Source: Nitrospira japonica (GTDB lineage: Bacteria > Nitrospirota > Thermodesulfovibrionia > Thermodesulfovibrionales > SM23-35). Taken from it: a stretch of DNA of 14,602 nucleotides. Below are positions 14,575 to 14,602 of the stretch, piece by piece. The stretch covers positions 1-14,602 of the forward strand of contig DYFC01000025.1 of NCBI GenBank assembly GCA_020725385.1, written 5' to 3'. The first letter of the stretch is position 1; the number at the start of each line of letters is the position of its first letter. The notes below the pieces were generated by a model that was not told where the DNA came from, ran no database searches, and saw only the letters and a program-made list of their open reading frames with translations. The position numbers and the translations under genes are program-made.

Positions 14575-14601
14575 TTGCCTCATCAAAAATCTAACTGAAA
14601 A
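14575..14601 (-). repeat. Inverted copy of the left-end motif
   Basis: Reverse complement reads TTTTC-ag-TTAGATTTTT-ga-TGAGGCAA, sharing blocks of 5, 10 and 8 identical bases with 26-53. Confidence 0.6.
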
Positions 14602-14602
14602 T

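Noticed and set aside
14589-14595. Integron attC core (RYYYAAC/GTTRRRY)
   Set aside because: Single 7-mer with no partner site, no cassette organisation and no integrase.
636-14598. Short antisense or alternate-frame ORFs (e.g. 636-863, 1226-1537, 1401-1607, 2395-2619, 2917-3183, 4052-4267, 4303-4605, 4895-5155, 5094-5396, 5862-6086, 6029-6244, 6401-6811, 7786-8031, 8770-9012, 12813-13043, 13012-13251, 13438-13668, 14386-14598)
   Set aside because: Shadows of well-supported genes, with no recognisable motifs.
1-14602. tRNA, rRNA, riboswitch, transposase/integrase, or recoding (Sec, frameshift)
   Set aside because: None recognised by eye, and all main genes appear intact. An Infernal/Rfam scan would be needed to exclude small RNAs.

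Overview
An AT-rich bacterial chromosomal segment. Gene content suggests an anaerobic diderm such as Nitrospirota/Thermodesulfovibrionia or Desulfobacterota (inference only). From left to right: a stand-alone TrpB2; a small 4-Cys protein coupled to a LysM/YkuD L,D-transpeptidase, convergent with a long Lpp/OprI-like alanine-zipper lipoprotein ending in KK; a three-gene split glutamate synthase operon (GATase, Fe-S/FMN synthase, GXGXG-GltD-ferredoxin fusion) followed directly by a NifA-type sigma54 activator; a hypothetical gene; a likely sigma28-driven c-di-GMP cluster (small HD-GYP-N-like protein, HDOD, pseudo-REC-GGDDF, then PilZ); an MNT-HEPN toxin-antitoxin-like pair; and a Lys-rich hypothetical gene. 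Best leads: (1) a perfect NifA box (TGT-N10-ACA) overlapping the sigma70 -35 of the GOGAT-nifA operon; (2) the Ldt plus double-length, Cys-containing Braun-like lipoprotein; (3) an NADH-type, Fe-S-rich GOGAT; (4) a FliA-type promoter preceded by 9-bp-period repeats; (5) the same ~28-bp motif in inverted orientation at both window ends. All protein calls come from motif recognition by eye; no searches were run.
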